In this document: one piece after another, positions 1 to 9,681 of the stretch | How the letters are laid out: each line of letters starts with the position of its first letter | Position numbering within the stretch: position 1 is the first letter of the stretch | Source: Holosporales bacterium | GTDB taxonomy: Bacteria > Pseudomonadota > Alphaproteobacteria > UBA3830 > JAIRWN01 | Length of the DNA stretch: 64,000 nt | Reading direction: 5' to 3' | NCBI GenBank assembly: GCA_031267535.1 | Contig: JAIRYS010000021.1 | Coordinates: 1 to 64,000 of the forward strand | Translations under genes and position numbers: made by a program | Notes under the pieces: generated by a model | Seen by the model: the letters and a program-made list of their open reading frames with translations, nothing else | Databases searched by the model: none | Told to the model about the DNA's origin: nothing

Positions 1-390
<390 letters not shown>

Positions 391-941
391 AATGCTTAAA
401 CAATCCACCAAACCTACCGCAAAATTGCACATTTCTGGCAACCAAGCGAAAGGCCTGCTGTTTAAAAAAACATAAGTTCAAGCCCATCTTACTCAAAAAT
501 ATAAAACTGACGATTTTTGCATCGTTTAATAAAACATTTGAGTAAGGCAAATGCGCCGAGCTACCCAAATGTCCCTTTAAATTCTGTTCACTATTTCAAT
601 GAGCGCTTCTAATGCGAGACCTGTATACCTTAAGTAAGTCTCGGTCGTCAACAGCTAATTATAAAAGTTTAGTTAACGCCTTAGTTTTTTTCTACAGAAG
701 GTCTAAAGTGAGCTATTTTAGCCTCTATTATATTTGCGTACTTTGCGCTAAAGGCACGGCCAGAAACGGAAAGCCTACCCCCCCCCACTGCAGAGTGGAG
801 CGGGGGATCTTGTGCGGTTACGTTGATGGAAGTTGGCGTCAACTCTCTATTTTAAGCTGACGCCAGGTTTGCTTGAGCTTAATATCTGGCAACCACAACC
901 CTAGCTCCGCTAGGAATAGCATCTCCTCTTATGCTTCTTAC

Positions 942-2525
942 TCAAAAGCCCGATCCAAATTCTACGCGGCGTAGACTGGCGCATCTCTCAAAACACTTAC
1001 TGCCAATCGTCTCTACACTGCGCGGAATGCATATAGATTCCAGTGAAGAACAACCAAAAAAGGCACGAGATCCGATCGCTCTCAAGTGCGAGCCAGCAGA
1101 CACAAAGGCTACGGCTTTCAGTTCTGCACAACCAGAGAAACACCTTTCTCTGAGAATCCGTACACCGTGCGGAATGCATATAGATCCTAGTGAAAGGCAA
1201 CGAGAAAAGGCACTAGGTCCGATCTCCGTCAATTGCGAGTCGGACTCAAAGGCTACGGCGCTCAGTACGCTACAATCAGAAAAACACCTTTCTCCGATCT
1301 TCTTTAAACTGCGCGGACTGTATATAGCTTCCAGTGAAGAACCCGAAAAGGCACGAGGTCCGATCGCTCTCAAGTGCGAGTTGTCCTCAAACGTTATACT
1401 GCTCAGTGATCTACAACCATTAAAACTGTCTCCTTCGATCTCCTCTACACTGCGCGGAAAGCATATAGACTCCAGTAAGGAACAATCGTAAAAGGCGCCG
1501 TCTTCGATCCGTCTCAATTGCGAGCCAGACGCAAAAGTTACGACGCTCAGCGCTCTACAACCAGCGAAACACCCGTCTCCGAGAAACCTTACACCAGACG
1601 GAAGGTCTATAGCTTCCAGTGAAGGGCAGTCCAAAAAGGCGCGACGTCCGATCTCCGTCAATTGCGAGTCGGGCCCAAAGGCTACGGTTCGCGCTCTACA
1701 ACCAAAGAAACTCCCTCCTCCGATCTTCTCTACACTGGACGGAAAGCATATAGATCTCAGTGAAGAACAACCGGAAAAGGCGCTGTATCCGATCCGTCTC
1801 AATTGCGAGCCATCAAACGCAAAGGTTACGGTTCTCAGCGCTTCACGCCCACCAAAACACCCGTCTCCGAGAAACCTTACACCAGACGGAAGGTCTATAG
1901 CTTCCAGTGAAGAACAACCGGAAAAGGCATAACGTCCGATCTTCGTCAATCGCGAGTTGGACGCAAACGTTACACTGACCAGGAGCATACAATCAGAAAA
2001 GCACTCGTCTTCGAGACTCTCTACACTGAACGGAAGGCCTATAGATCTCAGTGAAGAATTAAAAAAGGCCTTGTCTTCGATCGCTATCAAGCGCGAGTTG
2101 GGCCCAAAGGCTACGACTGATAAGCAAAGACGACCTTCGAAACACTGCCCGCTGATAACCTCTATGCTGTCCGCAATAAATGATGAGGCTACATAGTCCT
2201 CATCGTCTATACTAAGACTATAATCTTTTGTTGCCAATGAGGGCACATAGGTCTCCCCGTTAAAATGAAATAGCTTTCTAGGAAAGCGACTTACACCATT
2301 AACAGAACTAACGACTTTGTCTCCGTTAAGACCATATTTATGAACAGGAGATCGCCCCCCGCCAACAATGACACTAACGGCTCCGTCTGCGTCTACTCGA
2401 TAACGATATCCGTCTATGAAAAGATCTTCATCTATGACAAGACGTCCAGGAGCACGACTGCAATCTGCGATTTCAGTGGTAAGCAACGCAGTTACCGCCG
2501 TTGCCATCATCATAACGCTTTTCAT
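942..2525 (-). CDS. Secreted/surface BspA-type leucine-rich-repeat protein (LRR_5-like), 527 aa
   Basis: Hydrophobic N-terminus (MKSVMMMATAVTALLTTEIA), a ~110-aa unique region, then ~17 tandem 22-26-aa units of the form IG..AF.GC.SL.SI.IP.SV..IG..CF..C..L..V.F. The antisense ORFs 931-1491, 997-1200 and 1957-2196 are mirror artefacts of the repeats. Confidence 0.85.
   Translation of the reverse strand: MKSVMMMATAVTALLTTEIADCSRAPGRLVIDEDLFIDGYRYRVDADGAVSVIVGGGRSPVHKYGLNGDKVVSSVNGVSRFPRKLFHFNGETYVPSLATKDYSLSIDDEDYVASSFIADSIEVISGQCFEGRLCLSVVAFGPNSRLIAIEDKAFFNSSLRSIGLPFSVESLEDECFSDCMLLVSVTFASNSRLTKIGRYAFSGCSSLEAIDLPSGVRFLGDGCFGGREALRTVTFAFDGSQLRRIGYSAFSGCSSLRSICFPSSVEKIGGGSFFGCRARTVAFGPDSQLTEIGRRAFLDCPSLEAIDLPSGVRFLGDGCFAGCRALSVVTFASGSQLRRIEDGAFYDCSLLESICFPRSVEEIEGDSFNGCRSLSSITFEDNSHLRAIGPRAFSGSSLEAIYSPRSLKKIGERCFSDCSVLSAVAFESDSQLTEIGPSAFSRCLSLGSICIPHGVRILRERCFSGCAELKAVAFVSAGSHLRAIGSRAFFGCSSLESICIPRSVETIGSKCFERCASLRRVEFGSGF
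1567..1912. repeat. 58-bp perfect direct repeat inside the LRR gene (copies 1567-1624 and 1855-1912, offset 288 bp = 96 codons)
   Basis: Both copies read aaacacccgtctccgagaaaccttacaccagacggaaggtctatagcttccagtgaag. They encode the duplicated peptide SLEAIDLPSGVRFLGDGCF on the minus strand. Confidence 0.95.
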
Positions 2526-2840
2526 AATTTCTTTCTTAATGATTAATTAACTAATTACACATATAGTGCAAAATTATACTTTTGTCAAGTTGTTTTTTTG
2601 CTTACCTTGAAATTATTGCTAGAACCTGCCTGAAAACCAGCTTGGCTAAAGTGATTTAGTATCAAATGCACTTAAAAAATCAGATCGGCGTACTCGCCTT
2701 AGGATAAGTTCTGGGATACGGAACCTCCTCTTTCCCAGGCGCAACCAACTCTCCCCTCTTACCACAGCCTAGAAGAGAAAGTATTAGCAAGAGAGAAAGC
2801 AGAAACTTAAAAGATCTGTTGGCGTTTCTAGAAAGCATTT

Positions 2841-4349
2841 TCATGAATCAACTGACAACTTTTTCTTCAAAATATCATTAACCATATTGGGATTGGCTTT
2901 TCCGCCTGTCTCCTTCATGACCTGCCCTACAAAAAAACCAAAGAGCTTATCTTTGCCGTTACGGTATTCCTGCGCTTTGTCCTGATTTTGGTCGATGACT
3001 TTGCTTATTGCCGCCTCAATAGCGGCAGAGTCTGTTATCTGTCGCATCCCTTGCCTTTCGACCACGGCGACTGGGCTTTCTCCGCCAGACCAAACAATAT
3101 CAAAAACATCTTTTGCTATTTTCCCCGATATGGAGTCGTCGCAGACGAGGTCCACAAGCTCTACCAAATACGCAGGCGAGATCTTTGATGCGCCAAGATC
3201 CAAGCCGGCTTTATTAAGATAAGCGAACAAGTCGCCAGTAAACCAATTGGCCAACATTTTGGCTTTTTCATTGGAAACTTTATTACCGGACTTCCTCGCC
3301 TCTACGGCCAGGCATTCTTCATAATATGCGGCATTCCCGCATTCTGACGTAATCAGCGCAGCGTCATAGTAAGACAAGCCATAGTCCTCTTGCAGCCAAG
3401 TCAGTTTTTTGTCAGGAAGCTCAGGCAAGGTCCTGCGTATGCTTTCGACCCTCTCTGCACTTAGGATGAGCGGCGGCAAGTCTGGATCGGGCATATAGCG
3501 ATAATCTTGAGCGTCCTCCTTAGAGCGCATGGATTTCGTCTCCCCGGATGAAGAGTTAAATAAGCGCGTTTCTTGTATGACCTTTTTGCCATTTTCAATT
3601 AGATCGATCTGCCTGGAAACCTCGAACTCTATGGCCTGCTCAACGAATCTAGACGAGTTTATGTTTTTAACCTCTACCCTTGTACCAAGCGTCTCGTCTG
3701 GACGTCTTACGGAAACATTTACATCTGAGCGCAGGCTGCCTTCCTCCATATTGCCGTCGCACGTACCAAGATACCTAAGCGTCGTTCTTAGGATGCGCAG
3801 GAAGGCTGAGGCTTCCTCTTTACTGCGCATGTCTGGCTCGGTCACAATCTCCATAAGCGCCACGCCAGCGCGATTCAGGTCTATATAGGATTTATGCGGG
3901 TGTTGGTCGTGGAAGCTTTTCCCGGCGTCTTGCTCAAGGTGTATGTGATTAATCCTTAGGCCAAAAACTTTTGCCTCGTCCAACCGCACATTTATCCACC
4001 CGGGACCGATTATAGGGTTGTAAAACTGAGATATTTGGTATCCCGAGGGCAAGTCCGGATAGAAGTAATTCTTGCGGTCAAAGCGCGACCAAAGGTTTAT
4101 TTCGGCATTAAGCCCTAAGCCCGTCTTAATCGCCTGATCAACACAAAATGTATTTATAACCGGAAGCATCCCGGGAAAAGCTGCGTCGACAAACGATACT
4201 TGCGAATTCGGCTCTGCGCCAAAGGTTGTGCTCGCGCCGGAAAACAGCTTTGACTGTGAGATGACTTGAGCATGAACCTCCATCCCTATCACAACTTCCC
4301 AGTTGCCTTTATACAAAGCCGGGGTGTAGTTCCTTTGCGCGACGCTCAT
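2841..4349 (-). CDS. gatB: Asp-tRNA(Asn)/Glu-tRNA(Gln) amidotransferase subunit B
   Basis: 502 aa. N-terminus [13 protein letters not shown], then [14 protein letters not shown] and the LEQDAGK motif. C-terminal YqeY/GatB tail ([16 protein letters not shown]). 4-nt overlap with gatA. Confidence 0.97.
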   Translation of the reverse strand: MSVAQRNYTPALYKGNWEVVIGMEVHAQVISQSKLFSGASTTFGAEPNSQVSFVDAAFPGMLPVINTFCVDQAIKTGLGLNAEINLWSRFDRKNYFYPDLPSGYQISQFYNPIIGPGWINVRLDEAKVFGLRINHIHLEQDAGKSFHDQHPHKSYIDLNRAGVALMEIVTEPDMRSKEEASAFLRILRTTLRYLGTCDGNMEEGSLRSDVNVSVRRPDETLGTRVEVKNINSSRFVEQAIEFEVSRQIDLIENGKKVIQETRLFNSSSGETKSMRSKEDAQDYRYMPDPDLPPLILSAERVESIRRTLPELPDKKLTWLQEDYGLSYYDAALITSECGNAAYYEECLAVEARKSGNKVSNEKAKMLANWFTGDLFAYLNKAGLDLGASKISPAYLVELVDLVCDDSISGKIAKDVFDIVWSGGESPVAVVERQGMRQITDSAAIEAAISKVIDQNQDKAQEYRNGKDKLFGFFVGQVMKETGGKANPNMVNDILKKKLSVDS

Positions 4350-5827
4350 GACGTTGCCTCTTCTTCACGCCAGGGAACGAAGCCGGAAGAAGATTCTATG
4401 ACGCATCCGGCCTTGAAAAGCGCTTCTTCATTAAAGCTTGAAGCGATAAGCTGAATCCCCAAAGGCAGGCCGCGACTGTCAACACCGGCCGGGATAGATA
4501 TTGCTGGCAGCCCTGCTATGTTTGCGGGCACGGTAAAAATATCGTTTAGATACATAGTCACAGGGTCGTTTTGCTTTTCTCCAATTGCAAATGCGCCGGA
4601 AGGCGCCGTTGGCATAAGAATTATGTCTGTGCTACTGAACGCGTCGGAGAAATCTTGTTTTATAAGCGCCCTTACCTTCTGCGCCCTTTGATAATATGCC
4701 TCTATATGGCCGGCAGACAGGACATAAGCGCCTATCAAGATTCTACGCCGCACTTCAGCGCCAAGACCTTCTCGGCGAGTGTTTTGGTATATCTCTCCGA
4801 TGCTTTCGGCCGGTGCGCGAAAGCCAAAACGCACTCCATCATATCTTGACAAATTTGTTGACGCTTCTGCTGGGGCAATAATGTAATACGCCTCCAGCGA
4901 ATGCTTGATATGCGGCATGCTTACGTCGAGCGCTTCGGCTCCGGCCGACTTAAGCCAAGCTGCGGCGTTACCAATCATTGTTTTAATGCTGTCGTCGCAT
5001 TGATCTATCCAATCGCCGCCAGGCAGACCAACTTTAAGCCCTTTGATCGATTGACCAACAGACTTTTCGAAATCAGGAACGCCCACATTGGCCGAAGTGG
5101 AGTCTCTCGGATCATACCCTGACATAACTTGAAGCATTATTGCACTGTCTTTAACGGATTTTGCAAGCGCCCCTGCTTGGTCCAATGACGAAGCAAACGC
5201 CACCATACCCCAGCGAGAGCACCTTCCGTAAGTGGGCTTTATGCCTACGACGCCAGTATACGCGGCGGGCTGCCTCACCGAACCGCCAGTGTCCGACCCA
5301 GTCGCCCCCAGACATAAGCGCCCTACAACCGCGGCCGAAGATCCGCCAGAAGATCCGCCAGGAACCAGATCTTGCGCGGGATTATCTTTGGCCTTCCAAG
5401 GGTTGATGACGCTGCCAAAGCAGCTGTTTACGTTGGCTGAGCCCATAGCAAACTCATCCATATTGGTCTTACCCAACATGACGGCTCCGCTGTCTTTAAG
5501 TCGCTGCGTGACGCCCGATTCATAGGGAGGTATAAAACTTTCAAGCATACGCGAGCCAGCCGTAGTACGAACGCCTTTTGTACAGAAAAGGTCTTTATAC
5601 GCAATCGGCAGTCCTTCCAACGCTCTGATTTCTCCTCGAGCTAACCTTGTATCAGACTCCTTTGCCTGCGCTAAAGCCAAATCGCCGGTCACCGTTATAA
5701 AGGCGTTCCAGCAAGCTTTTGCCTCGATGCGCTTCAAGAAAGCGGCTGTCAGCTCAGCGGCCGAAATTTTTTTGGCTCTTAGAAGGTCACGCGCTTCGGA
5801 CAGCGTGAGCTCTGTAAGATTGTTCAT
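4346..5827 (-). CDS. gatA: Asp-tRNA(Asn)/Glu-tRNA(Gln) amidotransferase subunit A
   Basis: 493 aa amidase-signature protein ([24 protein letters not shown]). Lies in a gatC-gatA-gatB operon. Confidence 0.97.
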   Translation of the reverse strand: MNNLTELTLSEARDLLRAKKISAAELTAAFLKRIEAKACWNAFITVTGDLALAQAKESDTRLARGEIRALEGLPIAYKDLFCTKGVRTTAGSRMLESFIPPYESGVTQRLKDSGAVMLGKTNMDEFAMGSANVNSCFGSVINPWKAKDNPAQDLVPGGSSGGSSAAVVGRLCLGATGSDTGGSVRQPAAYTGVVGIKPTYGRCSRWGMVAFASSLDQAGALAKSVKDSAIMLQVMSGYDPRDSTSANVGVPDFEKSVGQSIKGLKVGLPGGDWIDQCDDSIKTMIGNAAAWLKSAGAEALDVSMPHIKHSLEAYYIIAPAEASTNLSRYDGVRFGFRAPAESIGEIYQNTRREGLGAEVRRRILIGAYVLSAGHIEAYYQRAQKVRALIKQDFSDAFSSTDIILMPTAPSGAFAIGEKQNDPVTMYLNDIFTVPANIAGLPAISIPAGVDSRGLPLGIQLIASSFNEEALFKAGCVIESSSGFVPWREEEATS

Positions 5828-5829
5828 GC

Positions 5830-6117
5830 TTATTCCACTATTTTAGGTACGACAAACATGCCGGAAGATTGCTCTGGCGCATTACCCACAATATCGTCCA
5901 AGCAATTGTTATCATCAACGACATCTTGGCGCTCATAAGCCTGGGCGACTGTTACAGTGGACAAAGGCTCAATTCCACTGCAGTCTATCTCATTAAGTTG
6001 CTCAACAAACTCAAGAATCTTTTCCAACTCGGATGCTATTTGTGGAACTTCGTTGGGTAGTATTTTAATCTTAGCCAGTTCGGAGATTTTCAGAACATCT
6101 TGGTCAGAGATTTTCAT
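5830..6117 (-). CDS. gatC: Asp-tRNA(Asn)/Glu-tRNA(Gln) amidotransferase subunit C
   Basis: 95 aa, immediately upstream of gatA. Typical GatC layout (V.K.A.LA.I......E.......L..IL..V..L..). Confidence 0.9.
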   Translation of the reverse strand: MKISDQDVLKISELAKIKILPNEVPQIASELEKILEFVEQLNEIDCSGIEPLSTVTVAQAYERQDVVDDNNCLDDIVGNAPEQSSGMFVVPKIVE

Positions 6118-6214
6118 TTTGGCTTTCTGATACTGCTGATATCCGCAACATTATATTTATTTCCTTGAGATTTCCAGATATTAATGCCTACGTAAGCTGT
6201 AATAATGGCCGGTT

Positions 6215-6844
6215 ATGTTTATGTTGTCCCTTGATTGCTGTTTGGACAGAATTTCTATTGCCGTATCCGATGAAAGCAGGTACGTGCTGGCTTTACAAGA
6301 GCACGAAAATCACTTTGACGCTGCGTCAGTTTTGGCCTCTATGATTGCTAATGTCCTTAAGAGCGCAGATATAACGATGAAAGACGTCGCTGTTTGCATA
6401 ACAACAGTTGGTCCTGGATCTTTCACAGGCATTCGTGCGGGCATAAGCACAGCGTACGGCATTGCCGCAGCCTGCCCCAACATACGACTTTACGGCATAA
6501 CATCCTTTGAGGCGGTCTATGCATCGTATCAACACACAAGCGTGCCGGATAATGCGATTATCGCCTTAGATACAAGAAGGAACGATTACTACTTTCAAGA
6601 CGCTAAAAAATCTCTGTCGCCCCAAGTGGGTACGGCTGAACAAATCGTTGATATCGCCAAAGCCAAAAATATTGAACTAATCATAACCAATAAAACCGAC
6701 GGCCTATTCGATTTAGCGTCTGTTAGCGTCGTTGAACAAAAAATTACTGCCGAAGCTTTGCCTAGCGCGGTCGATATGATGGACGAGCGTCCGTTATCGC
6801 CTCTGTACCTCAAGGAGGCTGCGGTTAAGGTAAAATGCTTATAA
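6215..6844 (+). CDS. tsaB: tRNA t6A37 threonylcarbamoyl-transfer protein TsaB (YeaZ)
   Basis: 209 aa with the GPGSFTGIRAG motif typical of the TsaB/YeaZ ASKHA fold. The start could instead be the ATG at 6221. Confidence 0.85.
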   Translation: MFMLSLDCCLDRISIAVSDESRYVLALQEHENHFDAASVLASMIANVLKSADITMKDVAVCITTVGPGSFTGIRAGISTAYGIAAACPNIRLYGITSFEAVYASYQHTSVPDNAIIALDTRRNDYYFQDAKKSLSPQVGTAEQIVDIAKAKNIELIITNKTDGLFDLASVSVVEQKITAEALPSAVDMMDERPLSPLYLKEAAVKVKCL

Positions 6845-7098
6845 GCGTAAAAGTGACCCCCAAAGCGTCGACAAATGCCGTTGTCAGCTTCAAAGATAAA
6901 GCGCTTCAGGTTAAAGTTACGGCTGCCCCTGAAAATAATAAGGCAAATGAAGCGCTGATTAAAATTGTTAGCAACTTTCTGAGGGTGCCAAAATCTAAGA
7001 TACAAATAATCTCAGGGCTGAAATCCAGGCATAAAACGCTGTCAGTAGAAACTGACGATATTGGCTCTGTGGAAGCTGGCCTTAACAGCAAAAATTAG
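6835..7098 (+). CDS. DUF167 (YggU-like) family protein
   Basis: 87 aa. VKVTPKAS...LQVKVTAAPENNKANEALIKIVSNFLRVPKSKIQIISGLKSRHKTL matches the DUF167 pattern (V.P.A......V.V.A.P..G.AN..L...L...L.V.KS.V.I..G..SR.K). Confidence 0.8.
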   Translation: MLISVKVTPKASTNAVVSFKDKALQVKVTAAPENNKANEALIKIVSNFLRVPKSKIQIISGLKSRHKTLSVETDDIGSVEAGLNSKN

Positions 7099-7108
7099 GG
7101 GTTTAGGA

Positions 7109-7603
7109 CTAATCGCCACCCTGAGTGTACTCTATGGACATCACTTCGAAACTTTTTTCACCACCCGGCGTTTGAACCTCAATAACATCCCCGATCTTTT
7201 TGGAAATTAGCATCCTAGCAATGGGGGAAGTAATCGATATGTATCCTTTAGACGCGTTGGCCTCATCTATGCCAACGATTGTGTATTGTACCTTGCTGCC
7301 AGCGTTATTCAGGTCGCTAAGGTCTACAGTTGCGCCAAATTTCACATCATCGCCAGGTAGCTTCGATGAATCTATCACCTCTGCACGCGACAATTTATCC
7401 TCAATTTCGGCTATGCGTCCTTCTATAAAGCCTTGTTTCTCGCGTGCGTAGTGATATTCAGCGTTCTCAGACAAATCGCCAAGCTCTCTGGCGGCCGAAA
7501 TCTCTTTAATAATGGCCGGACGATCCACAGTCTTAAGCTGCTTAAGCTCGTCTTGCAACGCCTTAAACCCTTTAGGGGTCATATGAATCTTAGATTCGTC
7601 CAT
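7109..7603 (-). CDS. greA: Transcription elongation factor GreA
   Basis: 164 aa. N-terminal coiled coil (MTPKGFKALQDELKQLK...ISAARELGDLSENAEYHYAREKQ) and a C-terminal FKBP-like domain (ISITSPIARMLISKKIGDVIEV). Confidence 0.96.
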   Translation of the reverse strand: MDESKIHMTPKGFKALQDELKQLKTVDRPAIIKEISAARELGDLSENAEYHYAREKQGFIEGRIAEIEDKLSRAEVIDSSKLPGDDVKFGATVDLSDLNNAGSKVQYTIVGIDEANASKGYISITSPIARMLISKKIGDVIEVQTPGGEKSFEVMSIEYTQGGD

Positions 7604-7717
7604 GCTGTATGCTTCCGTTTTTCTAATACAATTTCAAGAACGGGATTGTACGGTCGATTTTTTTTATTGCAAGGGCTAAAATCGTTTCAACTAAACATAT
7701 GCGCATGAGGGCATTCT

Positions 7718-8251
7718 TTGACAAGATTTGTTGGGATTTTTTGCGGAGCAAGCAACGCTGATACACGCCTGCTTGAACAAGAGGCCTTCAGTCTGGGAAC
7801 AAAACTAGCGTCCCAAGACTACAAGATTCTTTATGGCGGCGGAACCCAGGGACTGTCCGGAGCGCTACTGGAAGGAGCGATTTCGTATGACCTCAACAGC
7901 ATTATTGCAGTAGTGCAAAAGCATGAACTTGACCTAATCAAATCAACCGGCATAACTTGTCACCAAGTGGCAAGTGTATCGGAAAGAAAGGACTTTATTC
8001 TAAGCAAATCCGAAAAAATTTTTATACTACCGGGAGGTTTGGGAACTTTTGATGAGCTGGCTTATTGCGTTTTGTGCAAGCAATCTGGCGAGTATGCCGG
8101 CGATATAATCCTTATAGATTTTGGTGGATATTGGGCATTTTTAGATGACGTATTTGAAAAAATGGCCTCTTACAGATTCATAAAGCAGTCCGACAGAGGA
8201 CTATACAAGCGAATCAGCAATTTGGATGACATCAACGAGGTAATGGTTTGA
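7718..8251 (+). CDS. LOG family / TIGR00730 Rossmann-fold nucleotide-binding protein
   Basis: 177 aa, TTG start. Motifs VGIFCGAS, YGGGTQGLSG and PGGLGTFDEL. Confidence 0.85.
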   Translation: MTRFVGIFCGASNADTRLLEQEAFSLGTKLASQDYKILYGGGTQGLSGALLEGAISYDLNSIIAVVQKHELDLIKSTGITCHQVASVSERKDFILSKSEKIFILPGGLGTFDELAYCVLCKQSGEYAGDIILIDFGGYWAFLDDVFEKMASYRFIKQSDRGLYKRISNLDDINEVMV

Positions 8252-9681
8252 TATTCGGTAACGTCTATATACGGTCGGCTGTATTTGGACTGGCGGCTGC
8301 TTTAGGCTTTGCCCCATGCGGCGTTTTTGTATGCACAACAGCGTCGCTAGCATGGCTGTACAATTGCATAAAAACCGCAAACGATCCTAAAGCCGTCTTT
8401 TGCATGACCTTTTGCTGGCTGTTTGCGTTGTACTTGGGAACAATGTACTGGATTGTCGTACCGCTGACAATAAACGGCGGCGAGTTTATCTGGCTAATCC
8501 CATTTGCCATTACTCTTGTCCCAGCATTTTTGGCTGCGCTTCAAAGCTGCTTTGTATGCTTATCTTCAGTTTTTGGCCGAAGCAAAAATTTTTACTTCCT
8601 GATTTTCACCGCATTTTGGTGCCTAGGTGAGGCAGCTGTTGTAAACCTGCCGATATTGGGGTTTCCCTGGAACCTCATGGGCTATGTGTGGAATTTTTCT
8701 GTTTATGCCATACAGTCCGCATCGTTTTTGGGAATATATGGATTAAGCGTGCTGTTTGTCTTGTCATCGGCTGTTTTGGGCGAGGCCATTTGCGTACCCA
8801 AACGTAGAGCGTTACTAACCTTTTTGGCCGCCTTAATTGTAAGCTTCAACTTTCTGTTTGGCGTGGTAAGGCTTTATATGGCCGGCAATACCAAATTCAC
8901 TAAGGTAAAGATGGCCATTATACAAAGCAACATTCCTCAGGAGCTTAAGTTGCGTAACGACCAATTGTACGCCAACCTCAAATTTTACGTCGATGCGACA
9001 ATGACGCTCTCGGATGACGTCGATATTGTTGTATGGCCTGAATCAGCAGTTCCATTCCCGTTCTGTCCAGACGAGGCCGTTGGAAAGTGCATTGCCGCCC
9101 TAAATGGCAATAAGAGGTTAATCGTAACGGGAGGGGTGAGATATTCGCCAGAATATGATGGTGGCTGTAAGCTTTACAACAGCATGTTCACAATCGCCCC
9201 TAACGGTTGTATAGAGTCTTTCTATGACAGACAAATACTGTTGCCATTTGGTGAATATATTCCATTTAGAAAGATAATACCGATTAAAAAAATAACTGAC
9301 GGCACGCAAGATTATTCCCCTGGCGACAGACGCAGATCCACTTTACAGGCAGCAGACGTTGTCTTTATCCCTAAAGTCTGTTCTGAAGTTGTATTTCCAA
9401 TCAAGACAGCTGTCATAAGCAGCGCGTCCGCCATACTTAACATTGCAAACGACGGTTGGTTTGGAAAATCAAGCGAGTCTTATCAGCATCTGGCAATTGC
9501 AAGGATACGCTGCGTTGAACTTGGGCTGCCATTGATTAGAGTGTCCAATACCGGGATATCTGCGGTTTTCGATTCATACGGCCGCGAGATAGAAAAAATC
9601 AGCTTAGGCCAATCGGCAACCAGGATTTTTCTGCTTCCAAAAGCATTAAGTGAAAAAACACCATTAACTGCCGTTAATTAA
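8248..9681 (+). CDS. lnt: Apolipoprotein N-acyltransferase
   Basis: 477 aa. Multi-TM N-terminal half plus a C-terminal CN-hydrolase domain (VVWPESA ... NSMF ... PKVCSEVVFP). The exact start is uncertain. Confidence 0.9.
   Translation: MIFGNVYIRSAVFGLAAALGFAPCGVFVCTTASLAWLYNCIKTANDPKAVFCMTFCWLFALYLGTMYWIVVPLTINGGEFIWLIPFAITLVPAFLAALQSCFVCLSSVFGRSKNFYFLIFTAFWCLGEAAVVNLPILGFPWNLMGYVWNFSVYAIQSASFLGIYGLSVLFVLSSAVLGEAICVPKRRALLTFLAALIVSFNFLFGVVRLYMAGNTKFTKVKMAIIQSNIPQELKLRNDQLYANLKFYVDATMTLSDDVDIVVWPESAVPFPFCPDEAVGKCIAALNGNKRLIVTGGVRYSPEYDGGCKLYNSMFTIAPNGCIESFYDRQILLPFGEYIPFRKIIPIKKITDGTQDYSPGDRRRSTLQAADVVFIPKVCSEVVFPIKTAVISSASAILNIANDGWFGKSSESYQHLAIARIRCVELGLPLIRVSNTGISAVFDSYGREIEKISLGQSATRIFLLPKALSEKTPLTAVN

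Noticed and set aside
612-860. 82-aa ORF between the LRR gene and the 16S rRNA gene
   Set aside because: It has no SD and an odd composition, and it lies in the rRNA upstream/leader region. It contains a C9 run. It is most likely non-coding.
931-2196. Plus-strand ORFs (931-1491, 1957-2196) with striking periodic peptides (RGMHIDSSEEQ...), and a ~138-bp DNA periodicity that could be mistaken for a tandem-repeat or CRISPR-like array
   Set aside because: They are the antisense image of the LRR gene on the minus strand. The repeats are diverged coding units with no invariant repeat plus unique spacer structure.
2536-2550. Second perfect TTAA-N7-TTAA (ttaa tgattaa ttaa), 11-25 nt upstream of the LRR gene start
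   Set aside because: The sequence is extremely AT-rich and overlaps the ribosome-binding region. About 2-4 chance matches are expected per 64 kb, so it is not convincing without enrichment or conservation data.
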